This document shows, piece after piece, positions 1 to 11,460 of a stretch of DNA of 64,000 nt. How positions within the stretch are numbered: position 1 is the first letter of the stretch; each line of letters begins with the position of its first letter. The stretch lies in NCBI GenBank assembly GCA_963732795.1, contig CAVTAV010000003.1, forward strand, positions 194,674 to 258,673, read 5' to 3'. Position numbers and translations under genes: made by a program. The notes under the pieces were generated by a model that worked only from the letters and a program-made list of their open reading frames with translations, was not told the DNA's origin and searched no databases. This DNA is from an uncultured Alphaproteobacteria bacterium. GTDB lineage: Bacteria; Pseudomonadota; Alphaproteobacteria; CAVTAV01.

Positions 1-400
1 AGGCGTCTTCCCAAAAGGCGCGCACCTCGTAGACCACGGGGATGCCGAGCTTCCGGCCGACATAGAGCGCGGGGATCGCATTGAGCACCGGCGAATGGGC
101 ATGGAGCACGTCGGGCCGCACCAGCCGCGCAACCGATTCCAGCCGCTTAGCCGTCGCCGTCATCTGGGCGAACTCGCGCAGCACCGGAATGCCCGCGGCG
201 AAGCTCTTGACCGGCGGGGTGCGGTAAAACTCGAATCCGTCGACGAATTCCACCGGCGGCGACTCGAGAACATGCTTCGGACTCGTGAGCTGGTATGTCT
301 CCCAGCCGCGCGCGCGCTGCTGCCGCAGGATGGACAGGCTGCGGAACGAGTAGCCGCTGTGAAGCGGCACCGAATGATCGAAGATGTGCAAAATCCGCAT
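1..400 (-). CDS. Glycosyltransferase (GT4), exosortase A system-associated; runs off the window edge
   Basis: Not in the ORF track. Manual translation from ATG at 400 gives MRILHIFDHSVPLHSGYSFRSLSILRQQRARGWETYQLTSPKH..., a typical N-terminus for this family. Confidence 0.85.
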   Translation of the reverse strand, partial: MRILHIFDHSVPLHSGYSFRSLSILRQQRARGWETYQLTSPKHVLESPPVEFVDGFEFYRTPPVKSFAAGIPVLREFAQMTATAKRLESVARLVRPDVLHAHSPVLNAIPALYVGRKLGIPVVYEVRAFWEDA

Positions 401-544
401 GAGCGCCCGATTCTGTCGAATTCGGCGCTAAATTAACGGCCGACCGTTTCCAATCCCTCAACGAGGTTAACGCGCCGCAAAAATTCTAGCGGGATTAAAG
501 GCTTAACCGATTGGCAACCGGCGCGGGGCTAAGCTTCCGGCCAT

Positions 545-620
545 AGGCGCGTAGCTCAGTGGTAGAGCGCCGCTATTACATGGCGGAGGTCGAAGGTTCG
601 ATTCCTGTCCGCGCCTACCA
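545..620 (+). tRNA. tRNA-Val (anticodon TAC), atypical
   Basis: Acceptor stem AGGCGCG/CGCGCCT plus ACCA; D-arm GCTC-AGTGGTA-GAGC; anticodon arm CCGCT-ATTACAT-GGCGG; T-loop TTCGATT. One extra G in the T-stem. Confidence 0.88.
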
Positions 621-635
621 CGACTTTCCCGGCAA

Positions 636-1724
636 TTAAATCCGCGACTTGAGGCTGGCGAGCACACGCTCGGCCGTGTGGCCGTCCCAGAGGTCGGGTT
701 TGCGGCCGTGGGGCCAGCGGCCTTCGATGACGTCCTGGATGCTGGCGAGCAGCGTATCGGGGCGGATCAGGCGGTTCGTGCCTTCGGTGACGGTGACCGG
801 CCGCTCGGTATTCTCCCGTAAGGTCATGCAGGGGATGTCTAGATAGGTCGTCTCTTCCTGCACGCCGCCCGAGTCGGTGATCACCAGCCGGGCGCAGCGT
901 ACCAGCCCCATGAACTCGATATAGCCGACGGGGTCGGTGAGATTGACGCCGGGCGCGTCGTTCAGTCTGTCGAACAGGCCGAAGCTCTTGAGTCTCTCGC
1001 GGGTGCGGGGATGGACCGGGAAGACCAGCGGGAGCGCCTTCGAGGCTTCGACCAACTGGTCCGCCAGAACCTCCAGCGTCTCGCGCTGATCGACGTTCGA
1101 CGGCCGGTGCAGGGTCACCACGCCGAAATTGCCGGGCTCGACGCCGAAGCCGGCCCATGTCTCCGTGCTTTCGATCCGGTCGCGCAGGAGTTCATAGGAA
1201 TCCATCATGATGTTGCCGACCCGCTCCATCCGGTGGGCGGCGCCTTCGCGGCGCAGATTTTCGTCGGCATCGGGCGAGGGGGTCCAGAGGAGGTCGGCGA
1301 TCGCGTCTGTCGCGAGACGGTTGATCTCCTCCGGCATGGTGCGGTCGCCGCTTCTCAATCCCGCCTCGAGATGGGCCACGCTGATGCAGAGCTTTGCGCC
1401 CACAAGCGCGCAGGCGATGGTGGAATTGACGTCGCCGACCACGATGATCCAGCTCGGCCGTTCCTCCATGCAGACTTTCTCATAGGCGATCATCACGCCG
1501 CCGGTCTGCTCGGCGTGGCTGCCGCTTCCGACGCCGAGATGATAGTCCGGATTGGGCAGGCCGAGGTCGCGGAAGAACGAATCGGACATGTTGGCGTCGT
1601 AATGTTGGCCGGTATGCACGACCTTCACCTCACACCACGGCGCGGCGTTCAACGCGTGCCACAGGGGCGCGATCTTCATGAAATTCGGCCGGGCGGCCGC
1701 GATCAGATGGATGATGGGAGTCAA
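636..1724 (-). CDS. wecB: UDP-N-acetylglucosamine 2-epimerase (non-hydrolysing)
   Basis: Motifs [50 protein letters not shown]. Confidence 0.95.
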   Translation of the reverse strand: MTPIIHLIAAARPNFMKIAPLWHALNAAPWCEVKVVHTGQHYDANMSDSFFRDLGLPNPDYHLGVGSGSHAEQTGGVMIAYEKVCMEERPSWIIVVGDVNSTIACALVGAKLCISVAHLEAGLRSGDRTMPEEINRLATDAIADLLWTPSPDADENLRREGAAHRMERVGNIMMDSYELLRDRIESTETWAGFGVEPGNFGVVTLHRPSNVDQRETLEVLADQLVEASKALPLVFPVHPRTRERLKSFGLFDRLNDAPGVNLTDPVGYIEFMGLVRCARLVITDSGGVQEETTYLDIPCMTLRENTERPVTVTEGTNRLIRPDTLLASIQDVIEGRWPHGRKPDLWDGHTAERVLASLKSRI

Positions 1725-1860
1725 AGCTGCCTCGGATCAGCTGTGGTGGTCGGACGTCGCAGGTGGGTCATGCTTGACGGGGCCGTAAGCGCGGGCACTT
1801 TATCACGCAACGGGACGAATGAAACGGCCCCAACGAGCCACCGTCCGAATCCCGATCGGC

Positions 1861-3183
1861 TCAGACGGTGAAGCGTGGCTTGGCGACCGCTCCGGTCGTT
1901 GTCGACAGGACCAACTCGGCTTCCGGCTCCGGCGCACGCTTCTGTTCCAAGGCACGCCTCGCGAGGAGGTCGGTAATCGCCACAATCGCGATCAGATGGT
2001 AATAGAGATCGAACGTCGCGAGGTTGAGGAATGTCCCGGCCACCGCATACCCGACGATACTCACCTGTACCATCGATCCGAGATCTCGCGCCCATTCGAG
2101 TTCGGGCTCATTCTTGGTTAAGCGGACCACCCGGCCGCCATATACGAACGTCATGATCAAGAGAGAGATGAAGATCGCAAGTCCGACATATCCCTCGTTG
2201 CCAAGCGTCTCGAAGTAGATGCTGTGATAGGCCCGGACCTTCTCGCCAGGCTCCAGATACTTCTGAGCCGTCGAGGGAATCGCGGGAGCATCGAAGCCGC
2301 CGCCGACAATCGGACGGTCATTGGCAAGCCTGATTGCGAAGCGCCACATCGTCAAACGGCCTTGGGCCGAGCTGTCTTGCTGGTACGACTGGATAGAGAG
2401 CATCCGGTTCGTCCAGGATTGCGGCATGAAGATCACCGCAACCGCCACGGCCAAGAGAGTCGCCAGGAGGGTAAAGGCCTTTCGCCGCGACTTCATGACC
2501 ATGAACAGCAGCATTGCGCTTATGGCGAGCAATGCGCCGCGCGACTGCGTGCCGAAAATCGCAAAGATCGTCAGGCCGATGGCGCCGCCAAGTGACCAGC
2601 GGATCCATTGCACCGGCGTCCGAAGCTGAAGGTAACGTATCAACGGCGTGATCATTACGAGCGCAAGCGCCAACTGATTGTTGTCGTGGAAGAATGTGCC
2701 CACGGGGCCCCAGACATGGTATTGGCCGCCATGCAAAATCGTGAAAACGCCGCCCTTGATGCCGTAGTAGCCCAATGAAATCACGACCGTCCAAACCAAG
2801 GCGTGCAGGCGGTTCGGGGTGGTGATCAGGCCGCAGGTCACCAGCGTGAACAGCAGAATTTTGACCGTTTGATCCCATTTGTCATAGGAGATCGCCGGAT
2901 CCAACGCAAAGATCGTTACGACCGTGCTCCAGATCATGAACATAATGATCACGACGATCAGGGGATGCATCGGCAGCTTCTTCGGCTCCTTCGACATAAG
3001 CCAAGCGACAAGGGTCGTTACACCGATGATGTTGGCCATGGGCCATTCGGTAACGAAGAGGTAGCCGAGCTTCTGGGGGGCCATGTATGACACCCACGAC
3101 CACGCGTAGACGCCGATGAACGGATACATCAGGATCGGCACGATCCAGGCTAAGACTAAGGCTACAATAGCGTAATCGCGCAT
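1861..3183 (-). CDS. Putative O-glycosylation ligase / O-antigen ligase-like membrane protein, exosortase A-associated
   Basis: Multi-TM 440 aa with DNNQLA, TQSRGA, DSSAQGR, GGGF and AYHSIYF Wzy_C-type motifs. Confidence 0.9.
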   Translation of the reverse strand: MRDYAIVALVLAWIVPILMYPFIGVYAWSWVSYMAPQKLGYLFVTEWPMANIIGVTTLVAWLMSKEPKKLPMHPLIVVIIMFMIWSTVVTIFALDPAISYDKWDQTVKILLFTLVTCGLITTPNRLHALVWTVVISLGYYGIKGGVFTILHGGQYHVWGPVGTFFHDNNQLALALVMITPLIRYLQLRTPVQWIRWSLGGAIGLTIFAIFGTQSRGALLAISAMLLFMVMKSRRKAFTLLATLLAVAVAVIFMPQSWTNRMLSIQSYQQDSSAQGRLTMWRFAIRLANDRPIVGGGFDAPAIPSTAQKYLEPGEKVRAYHSIYFETLGNEGYVGLAIFISLLIMTFVYGGRVVRLTKNEPELEWARDLGSMVQVSIVGYAVAGTFLNLATFDLYYHLIAIVAITDLLARRALEQKRAPEPEAELVLSTTTGAVAKPRFTV

Positions 3184-3377
3184 GTCCGTTCGGTACTTCT
3201 TTGGCGGTCGAAATCAACGCATTGGTCGGTCGATGCCATTGATTTACCGCGACAACGTTAATTTTTGATAACCTCTTGCAGTATCGGATTCCCGGCGGCA
3301 GACCGCATCGTTAAGGATTCCCTTATGGCTGTGTGCTAACACCTCTGAAACCGACCGCCTCAATCGGGAGCCATGCC

Positions 3378-3524
3378 GTGGACTCAGTACTGTTCGTTCT
3401 TTTCACGTTCTTCATTTATTACGTGGCGTATCGGTCCGTCCGCCATGACGAACTTCTGCCGATATTCCGGAAGAAGCGGTATTTTCGACAAGGTCAGTCC
3501 GGGAACTCCGCGGCCCCCGACTAA
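3378..3524 (+). CDS. Small single-TM hypothetical protein (48 aa)
   Basis: GGGAG RBS 7 nt before GTG; MDSVLFVLFTFFIYYVAYRSVRHD... hydrophobic N-terminus; its stop overlaps the convergent gene's stop. Confidence 0.5.
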   Translation: MDSVLFVLFTFFIYYVAYRSVRHDELLPIFRKKRYFRQGQSGNSAAPD

Positions 3525-5282
3525 AGGCGCCTCTCATCGACATCCATATCGGCCTTCTGAAACAGGTATTCGGCCGTGCAGAGGCGGTTAAACTGACCGC
3601 TATCGACAATACGATCGGCATGGATTAGCGCCTGTGTGCGGGGAAACCCCGACTCCATGACGGCATTCCGGTAAGCGTCATTCATGAAATACGGGCGGTC
3701 CGGTGCGTTGCGGCGGGTCCGCAATCGGAACGCATAGCGCCGCAGAAGCGACGGCCTGAGATAAGTCGTGCTCGCCTTGAGCCGGGCTGATAAAGGCGGC
3801 GGCGCATCGAAGGCATAGCCGTAATCGGAGGGATACGCGGCCAGCGCCGGGCTTGCGAGGTTGATCAAACGGGCCTCCAGCCGGCCGAAGCTCTTGAGCT
3901 TCAAGGGCACGCGGACGGTCTGGCGGATCAGCGTATCGTCGATAAAGGGCGTCACCGCGCTGCCGAATCGGCTGTTGAGCGAATTGTTCCGGCCCATCCA
4001 GAAGCCGCAGCGGAACAACGGATAGGCCAGCTCGATTTCCGGCCTGGTCAGTTTGTCTCCCGTGATGCCGAGGGTCGCTTTTAGCTTCTCGGCGAGGCGA
4101 TCATGAAACGCCTCTTCGCTGAATCCATCCGCGGCCGATTTCGGATCGAACTGCGTGTAGAAGCTCCACAGCAATTGCCGCACGGAGAGCGGTCGGTCTG
4201 GCAGATAAAAGAAGTTCCGGAGCACCTCGCCGCCGCCGCCATTGAGCATCAACGCGCCCGTACGGCAGCGTTCCCGACGCGTTTCGTAGTCGCTGCCGTT
4301 GTCGAAAATGCCGTCATTCGGTGCGCCGTCGAAGGCATGGAAGGTCCGGGCGATGGAGTTCGGCTGCCTGATCGAGCGGCAGCTCGGCATGGCGCGACTT
4401 GTCGACATGGGTGAGCGGGAAGCCTTCGCCTTCGGCGATTCGCGACGCGACGACGACGTCGGGATCGGAGTCCCGGCCATAAACATGGACATCCGGCCGC
4501 ACATTCAGCCGGAAGAGCATCGCGAGGATGAGCCGCGAATCGTAGCCGCCCGAAAGCGCGGTATCGATATGACCGTCGAAGGCCTTGGCGATATCGCCGA
4601 AATTCTTCTCCAGCGTCGCGAAGACGCGCTCGGCATGGACCTCCATGTCGCCGGGCACGATCTCGGGCTTGCCATAGCCCGGCCACGTCCCCGCCATCGG
4701 ATTGACGCCGGGCTCGCAAAGAACATCCGGGCGCAGAAGCTTGATGTCCTCGGCCAGGGTATCGCCGCCATATGTGCCGCCCTGGAAGACGTATTCATAG
4801 AGCGCTTGGGTGTCGACCCGGCGGCGCGCGGCGGATTCCAGGACGCCGAGAAACGAGCTCGAAAAGACGGTGCCGGCATCGTCGCGATAGACTTTGTAGA
4901 CGCCCACACGGTCGACGAAAGCGAAGGTCCGTCCGTGCTTGCGAAGGACGATGCAGAATGCGCCGTGCAGGCGGTCGGCGGCGAGGCCGTAGGTTTCGGG
5001 CTTGCCCACATCGAAATCGCCGTGAAGCAGCGCGAGGCCCGTCTTTCCGGTCGCGCCTTTATAGACGAAGGTGCCCGTTGCGGCGCAGAAGTCCCCGTTA
5101 TCGAAGGCCGCGAGATTGGCGATGGGCGCTACCTGCTTCGGGTAGAGCAGGAGCGTGGCGCCGGGTGGCCGCAAGGTCTGCGGCTCGGCGAATCCCTGTT
5201 TGGCAAGCGACCGGCGCATGGCTGCCTCGACTGTCCCGGGATCGGGCTTGGCGGCATCGGTGATAAGGACGAAGGCGCCCAT
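3521..5282 (-). CDS. Asparagine synthase-like amide ligase (frame break near 4330)
   Basis: Ntn-like N domain (LHGAFCIV, DRVGVY), PP-loop ALSGGYDSR, then NGGGGE in the second frame; no N-terminal Cys. Confidence 0.8.
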
Positions 5283-5286
5283 AGGG

Positions 5287-6163
5287 TCAGTCCGGCGTCT
5301 TGCCGTGGGCCACGGCAGCCATGAAGTCGAGCGTCCAATCCTCCAGCTGGTGGTGCCATTCCCGTCTTGAGAAGGTGTGATCGGCGAGCTTTAGGTCGCG
5401 GCGCGCTATCCCAGGCCGGCTCATGAGTTGGCGCCAAGGCTGGGATTGAGCGATGTGGTCCTTGAACTCCTGGGCCGTGTGATCGTCTCCGCTGAGGATG
5501 AACAGAGTCGGCCCGGTGAATTTCTGAAAGCCGTTTGCCATTCGGTCGGGCAGGGGCCGGTCTCGGTCGGTCGTGCCGGTGTTCTTTGAGCGGCTCTGGC
5601 CGATCAAGGTTCCCATGGATTTGATCGATGCGCCGGCCGAGAAGCGCCCGGAAAGGAGCTTGCGCCAGAATTCGGGGTCGAGCAGACGCTCGAGATAGTA
5701 GTGCTTGAGATAGGTGCGGGCGGAGCCGGCTTCCGTCCTCACCCAGGGATTGACCAGGATGAGCCCGGCAACGGGGTCGGGAAGCTGCGGGCTGATCAGG
5801 AAGGTCGACACCGCGCCGCATAGGCCCCATAGCACGATCTTCTCAAGACCGGGGCATTCGGCCCGGAAGCGCTCCACGGCCGCATGGAGATCGTCGTGGG
5901 TATCCTCGAAATGATCGAGCTCGACCTCGTAGCGCTCGCCCTCGGCGTCGCCGTTGGCCCGGTCGTCGAACCGCATGACCGGGATAGCCTGCCGCCGCCA
6001 GCCGCCGGCCGATCAGGACGTATTGGCGATGGGCCCCGACGCGGTATTGATCGCCGCCGGTCAGGATCAGAAGCCCGGTCGATTGGGCCGCGCCGTCCGG
6101 CACATGGACGATGCCGATCAGCTCCGAGCCCTTGCAGGCGAAGGTGACCGCGCGCTCGTTCAA
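5287..6163 (-). CDS. Alpha/beta hydrolase 1, exosortase A system-associated (frame break near 5980)
   Basis: TTG start; GGDQYRVGAHRQ, WGLCGA, LVNPWVR, YYLERL, ADHTFS motifs. Confidence 0.85.
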
Positions 6164-6983
6164 CGTCCGCTCCCGATGCTTTCGACGGCGGCCCGAACGA
6201 AGGCGGCCATCTCGACCCGCGCCTGCAACAGCCAGACGGCCTCGTCCTTCACCGGCCGCGCATTGACCTCGATGCCGGCCGCGTCCCAATCCTTGACGAT
6301 CCGCGACGCCGCCGGGCTCAGACTTGCGTCCTCGCGCGCGACAACTTCGAGCCACGTGACCGGCGTCTTCGCCGCAAGGCCGAGCGGGCCGAGCTTGATC
6401 TCCTCCGATGCTTTTCGCCAGCGCCGGCGCGAGATCGTAACCCCCGACCTCGACGATCTTGCCCGCTTCCAATTCCTCCATCAGCTTCTTGGTTCCCTGG
6501 GTCGCCGCGCCGCCCTCGGCGAGATCGGCGGCGAAGCGGATGCGCAGGAATTGCTTCAGGTAATTTTGCCCGTTCGTCACCGGCTGCCAGAGCACCAGCC
6601 GCGAGAACCGCGACGGATGATCGGCGGCGACATCCGCCGCCAGGGAGGCCCCGAGCCTCAACCCGCCGATCGCGATCGGCTCGTCGCCCATTTGGCTGAG
6701 CGCCGTGATAGCCGCACCGACATCGTCCTTCCAGATGTTCCACCGCGCATCCGCGAAATTGCCTTCGCTGTCGCCGGTGCCGTAGGGATCGAGGATCATC
6801 ACACCGATACCGTTCCGCGCACAGCCGCGCGCAAAAGCCGCGATCACATGGCGCGAGCGGTTCAGCTCCTCGGCGAAAGGGGGAATGAACAGCAGCCGGC
6901 TTCGAACCGGCGTCTCGGGAGCGGGCGGAAAATAGTTGGCGAATATCCGGCCGGCTGCGGCTCGACAGATAGCGCGGTTGCAC
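6160..6983 (-). CDS. Alpha/beta hydrolase 2, exosortase A system-associated (frame breaks)
   Basis: PPFAEELNRSR, DPYGTGDSEG, GLRLGA, LWQPV, QFLRIR, EVGGY motifs. Confidence 0.85.
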
Positions 6984-7003
6984 GGCCGCCGCATCCTTTC
7001 CGA

Positions 7004-7256
7004 TCAGGCCGCCAGCTTGGTTTCGATATAGCTGCGCAGGCTGCCGAATGGACTCGAAGGTCTCGGCGCTGATCTCGTCGTCCTCGATCGAAATGTCGAA
7101 ATGTTCCTCGATCGCGGCGAGAAGCGTCGCGATCATCATCGAATCCAGCTCGGGGAGGTTGCCCAAGAGGAGGGTCGTATCCGTAAAATCCTGCGCCCGG
7201 TCGCCCAACTGGAGCGTTTGCGCCAGAACGTCCCGGACTTCTTCGCTTACCGACAT
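7004..7256 (-). CDS. Acyl carrier protein (frame break near the 3' end)
   Basis: Acidic ~83 aa with the LPELDSM phosphopantetheinyl-Ser motif; the repaired end reads ...GSLRSYIETKLAA. Confidence 0.88.
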
Positions 7257-7338
7257 GCCTTTGATGCCCCGTGCCCTCGAAACAAAGCGATGGTTTATAT
7301 CGTAAGTGGTGCGGCCAAGAAAGTGCCGAGATCACTTG

Positions 7339-8409
7339 TCACTTTTGGCCCGACTCCTCGGCCCGGGCGGAGCCGCCGATCTCAGCCTTGCCGCTCTTGG
7401 AAAGCCGGCTGTGCAGCGCGCCGAGCCAGGACCAGCGATACAGGTTTAAATGATACATCACCCGGAAATCGTTGGACCATTTGGTTTGCCAGTCGCGCAC
7501 GCGGCCATAGAATTCGTAGCGCGTAAAGCGCCCGTGGTCGAGAAAGTCGCGCATCATTTCCTGGCGCATCATCAGCGCCGGCGAGGTCGATTTCTCGGTT
7601 TCGTCATAGGTCGTCTTGAGGCCGATGATGACGCCGTTGCGATAGACGCAGATATCCGAGGCGACCAGCTTGTCCCCGTAGTAGAACTGGAAGATCGAGG
7701 TGCTTCCCATCCGGGCGAAGCGCGTCAGCATTTCCGTGTAGTAGCGGCCTTGGGCGTTGTCGGCATGGATCGCGCCGTCGATGCCGCCTTTCCAACCGGC
7801 CGACTTCGATCTCGCCATATTCCGCGATGCCGCGTGCCATGTCCTCCGGCTTGGTCAGCTCGATGAGGCGGGGAGGGCGGTTGTTGCGCTCCAGGCCATT
7901 GCGGGCACGGCGCAGGTTCTCGCGGAGCTTTTTGCTGCGCGCCGCCCAATAGTCTTCGAAGCTGCCCGCCAATGGGATCCGCGCGGTCGGCACGTGATCG
8001 ATCGTCTTTACGTGTCCCGAGTTATCAGGACGTGGGAAGATGTCGGGGTCCTGAGTCATCAACGTGAATTGGAGACTGGTGAGCGGCAGTACCTTGAAAA
8101 GACCCAAGCCGACCTTGACCATCGAAAGGTCGGGACGCTGGACCCAAAAACCCAAAGGCGCTTGTCGGGGGAAAACGTACTAGCCCGGCCGCGGCCGTCA
8201 TCACAGACGAGGGTCATCGCCGCCGGCCCGTCGTTGTCCGAGCAAACCGCCAACTTTAGCGGCGCATCGATAAGCTCGGCGAAAAAGGGTTCGATAAATT
8301 CCGGGTCGAGCAACGGCGAGTCCATCATCGCCTTGTTCAGGCGACGCCATCCGTCGGCGTGGTCGGGCCATGCCGATAGCTCGTGAAGTCGCCAACGCTC
8401 TTTTTGCAT
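7339..8409 (-). CDS. GNAT-family (CelD/BcsL-like, Acetyltransf_6) acyltransferase (frame breaks)
   Basis: SFEDYWAARSKKLRENLRR, GWKG, KTTYDE...SPA, YEFYG spread over three frames. Confidence 0.8.
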
Positions 8410-8454
8410 TGAAATGTCCCGGAATCTTGTCCCCGTTACCTAGCGGGAATCCGG

Positions 8455-9725
8455 TCAATTTTCCCTTAAAACGATCTCGCGAAAGGCCCCCGCAAATCGA
8501 CGGATTTCCGCTTCCGTCAGGTCCTGATGGCAGGATAGCTGAACCAGATGGCGCGACAGGTCCACGGTTGCTGGCGCAGACCGATTTATCGATATCCTTC
8601 CTGAGGAACTGGCCGTAGCGCTGCATGGGGATGGCGGCGTCCTCCATGAACGGAAACAACGCTTCGAGACGATCCACCCAGAACGGCGACCATGAACGGC
8701 ACTATTCCGGATTCGAGACGCGGGAACAGGGGACGCGCGGCCGGCGTTTCGCCGACGAGGTCTACGACCCGCTGGTAATTCTGTCGCCGTCGTTCCGTGG
8801 TGTATCTGGTCGTGTTATGCCGGACCATCAGTTTAGTCAGGCCGGTCGCGTCTAGGTCTTCGTCACGCCGGATGTAATCGACATTCTCGACCTTAGGTGT
8901 GCTTGTTGGATCCGTCGGAGGTTTCTCTTCCGGCGCTTCGATGCTCGCGTCCGATGGGCCGTCGATCAGCCTGAGTAACGGCCCCATGACGCGGAGACGG
9001 CGAAAACGATAGGAAATCCGGATGAGTGCTATCAGTTGACGAAAGTTCTTCATGACGCCCTGCGACTGCAGACTGACGTGGCGTATCTCCGGGCGTTTCG
9101 AGACGAGACACCCGCCTTCGGTGACAGGGAAGAACTTGAAATAGCTACCGATGACGAAATCGCCGAAACTTCCCATTCCCTCGCCAAAGAAGGCGTGGGC
9201 GCAATCTTCGATCAGCGCTATGGCGTGGCGGTCCGCAAACGCTCGAAGTGCGGGCCCGTCTTGCGGAAAACCGAAAAGATGCGCCGCCAGGATCGCCTTG
9301 GTTGCGGGCGTGATCTTTTCTTCCGAGTCTTCGAGATCGACCGCAAGGTCAGGTCCAATCTTGTAGAACACAGGTGCGGCGCCGAGCGCCACGATGGGGT
9401 CGACCATGACCGAGCAGTGATAAGCTGGAACGAGCACCTCGTCGCCCGGTCCGATGTTGAGGAGTTGCAACGCGTGGGCGATTGCGTAACGGCCGGCCGA
9501 TACGTTCAGGACGTCGCCATGATCGAGGATCGACGGCGCCCGCGGCGACCACCGCAAAATCCCGCGCAGAGACAATAAGGGAAACGCCGGTTCGAGCGGT
9601 TCGGGAATTCGCCGTTTGCGGCCTGCCGCATCCCGGGTGGTTTGGGATATGATCGTCCGCCGAGGCCGCCTGCGGGACGGCTCCGGGCTCACGACAAAGC
9701 CGCGTTCTGTGCTTGCGTTAACCAT
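8455..9725 (-). CDS. DegT/DnrJ/EryC1/StrS-family PLP-dependent aminotransferase-like protein (frame breaks)
   Basis: GDEVLVPAYHC, HLFGFP, IEDCAH, SYFKFFPVTEGG; the repaired C-terminus contains LSCHQDL. Start uncertain. Confidence 0.8.
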
Positions 9726-9733
9726 AATGTAAC
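9718..9733. promoter_or_regulatory. CtrA-like site TTAA-N7-GTAAC
   Basis: TTAACCATAATGTAAC at the divergent aminotransferase/acyl-ligase junction; one mismatch to TTAA-N7-TTAAC. Confidence 0.45.
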
Positions 9734-9876
9734 GTACGCTTAGACTCTGTCGCTGTGGAGCTCTTGGAGCGGAATGTTCCTAATAGTGACAAAGGGTTGT
9801 TAAGCAATTCTTTAGCCGTTTTCGACATGAAGAACGGGTCCAATAAACTGCGCGAGCGGTTGTCTCAGGGGCCGTC

Positions 9877-11460
9877 ATGCTGGTTTCCGATCTAATACGC
9901 TTGGCGTCCCGCCGAACGCCGGACGCCCCCGCCTTGACCTATAAGGCCGAGACCCTGACCTATGCCGAGCTCGAGGCTCTGACCCGGGCGACGGCGCGCG
10001 GCTTCCTCGATTGCGGCCTGGGCCGCGGCGAACGCGTCGCCATTTACCTTCCCAAGCAGATCGAGACCGTCGCCGCCATGTTCGGCGCGGCCGCCGCGGG
10101 CGGGGTCTATGTCCCGGTCAATCCGGCGCTCAAGCCGCGCCAGGTCGGCCACATCATGGCGGACTGCAATACCCGTATTCTGGTGACCAGCCCGGACCGC
10201 TATTCCGGCATCGAAGAGATATTGCCTGAACTGCCCGATCTCAAGGTCGTGGTGTTGACCGGCTCGGTGCCCGACAGCGCCGGCGAGCAGGTCCGCATGC
10301 TCGGCTGGACTGAATTGCAGGCCGTCGGCGCCGCGTCCGAGACCGCGCCTCATCGCGTCATCGACGGCGACATGGCGGCGATCCTCTATACGTCGGGCAG
10401 CACCGGCCTGCCCAAAGGCGTCGTGCTCTCGCATCTGAACATCGTCGCCGGCGCGATGAGCGTGGCGGAATATCTCGAAAACACGGCCGAGGACCGAATC
10501 CTGAGCGTGTTGCCGCTCAGCTTCGACTACGGCATGAGCCAGCTCACCACCGCCTTTCATGTCGGCGCGTCGGTCGTACTGATGAATTACCTGCTGGCAC
10601 GCGATGTCGTGCGGGCTGTCGAGCAATATGGCATCACCGGCCTCGCCTGCGTGCCGCCTTTGTGGATTCAGCTTGCGGGCCTCGATTGGCCCGAAACCGC
10701 CTCGAAATCGATCCGTTATTTCACGAATTCCGGCGGCCGGATGCCGCGTGCGGTGCTCGATCAGCTCCGCGTGAGGATGCCCGTCGCAAAGCCTTATCTG
10801 ATGTACGGCCTGACGGAAGCCTTCAGATCGACCTATCTGCCGCCGAGCGAAGTGGACAAGCGGCCGGATTCGATCGGCAAGGCGATCCCGAACGCCGAGG
10901 TTCTGGTCGTGCGGCCGGACGGCACGGTCTGCGATCCCGGCGAGCCGGGCGAGCTCGTCCATCGCGGGCCGCTCGTCTCGCTCGGTTACTGGAACGATCC
11001 CGCACGGACGGCCGAGCGTTTCAAGCCGGCGCCGGGCCAGCCCGAGGGCATCCCGCTGACCGAGATGGCGGTATGGTCCGGCGATACCGTGATGCGCGAC
11101 GAGGAAGGTTTTCTCTATTTCGTCGGCCGCCGCGACGAGATGATCAAAACCAGCGGCTATCGGGTCAGCCCGACCGAGGTCGAGGAGGTCATCTTCGCGA
11201 GCGGGCAGGTGAGGGTCGCCGCGGCGATCGGCGTCGAGCACGCCCAGCTCGGCCAGGCCATCGTCGTTTTTGCCGCGCCGGTCAACGGATCGGGGCTCCA
11301 GATGGAGGCCATCACCGCCTATTGCCGGGCCCAGATGCCCAGCTATATGGTGCCGCACCGCATCATCGAGAGGGACGACATGCCGACCAATCCCAACGGC
11401 AAGATCGACCGCAAGAAGCTCGCCGAGGAAGTCGCGACTCTCTTCAAGGGCCAAGCCTGA
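9877..11460 (+). CDS. Acyl-CoA ligase (AMP-forming), exosortase A-associated
   Basis: YTSGSTGLPKG, YGLTEAFR, SGD, GRRDEMIKTSGYRVSP, NGKIDR adenylation motifs. Confidence 0.93.
   Translation: MLVSDLIRLASRRTPDAPALTYKAETLTYAELEALTRATARGFLDCGLGRGERVAIYLPKQIETVAAMFGAAAAGGVYVPVNPALKPRQVGHIMADCNTRILVTSPDRYSGIEEILPELPDLKVVVLTGSVPDSAGEQVRMLGWTELQAVGAASETAPHRVIDGDMAAILYTSGSTGLPKGVVLSHLNIVAGAMSVAEYLENTAEDRILSVLPLSFDYGMSQLTTAFHVGASVVLMNYLLARDVVRAVEQYGITGLACVPPLWIQLAGLDWPETASKSIRYFTNSGGRMPRAVLDQLRVRMPVAKPYLMYGLTEAFRSTYLPPSEVDKRPDSIGKAIPNAEVLVVRPDGTVCDPGEPGELVHRGPLVSLGYWNDPARTAERFKPAPGQPEGIPLTEMAVWSGDTVMRDEEGFLYFVGRRDEMIKTSGYRVSPTEVEEVIFASGQVRVAAAIGVEHAQLGQAIVVFAAPVNGSGLQMEAITAYCRAQMPSYMVPHRIIERDDMPTNPNGKIDRKKLAEEVATLFKGQA

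Noticed and set aside
5843-7256. Long ACP ORF (312 aa) and hydrolase2-hydrolase1 fusion
   Set aside because: Both result from frame breaks; separate starts and stops can be reconstructed for three genes.
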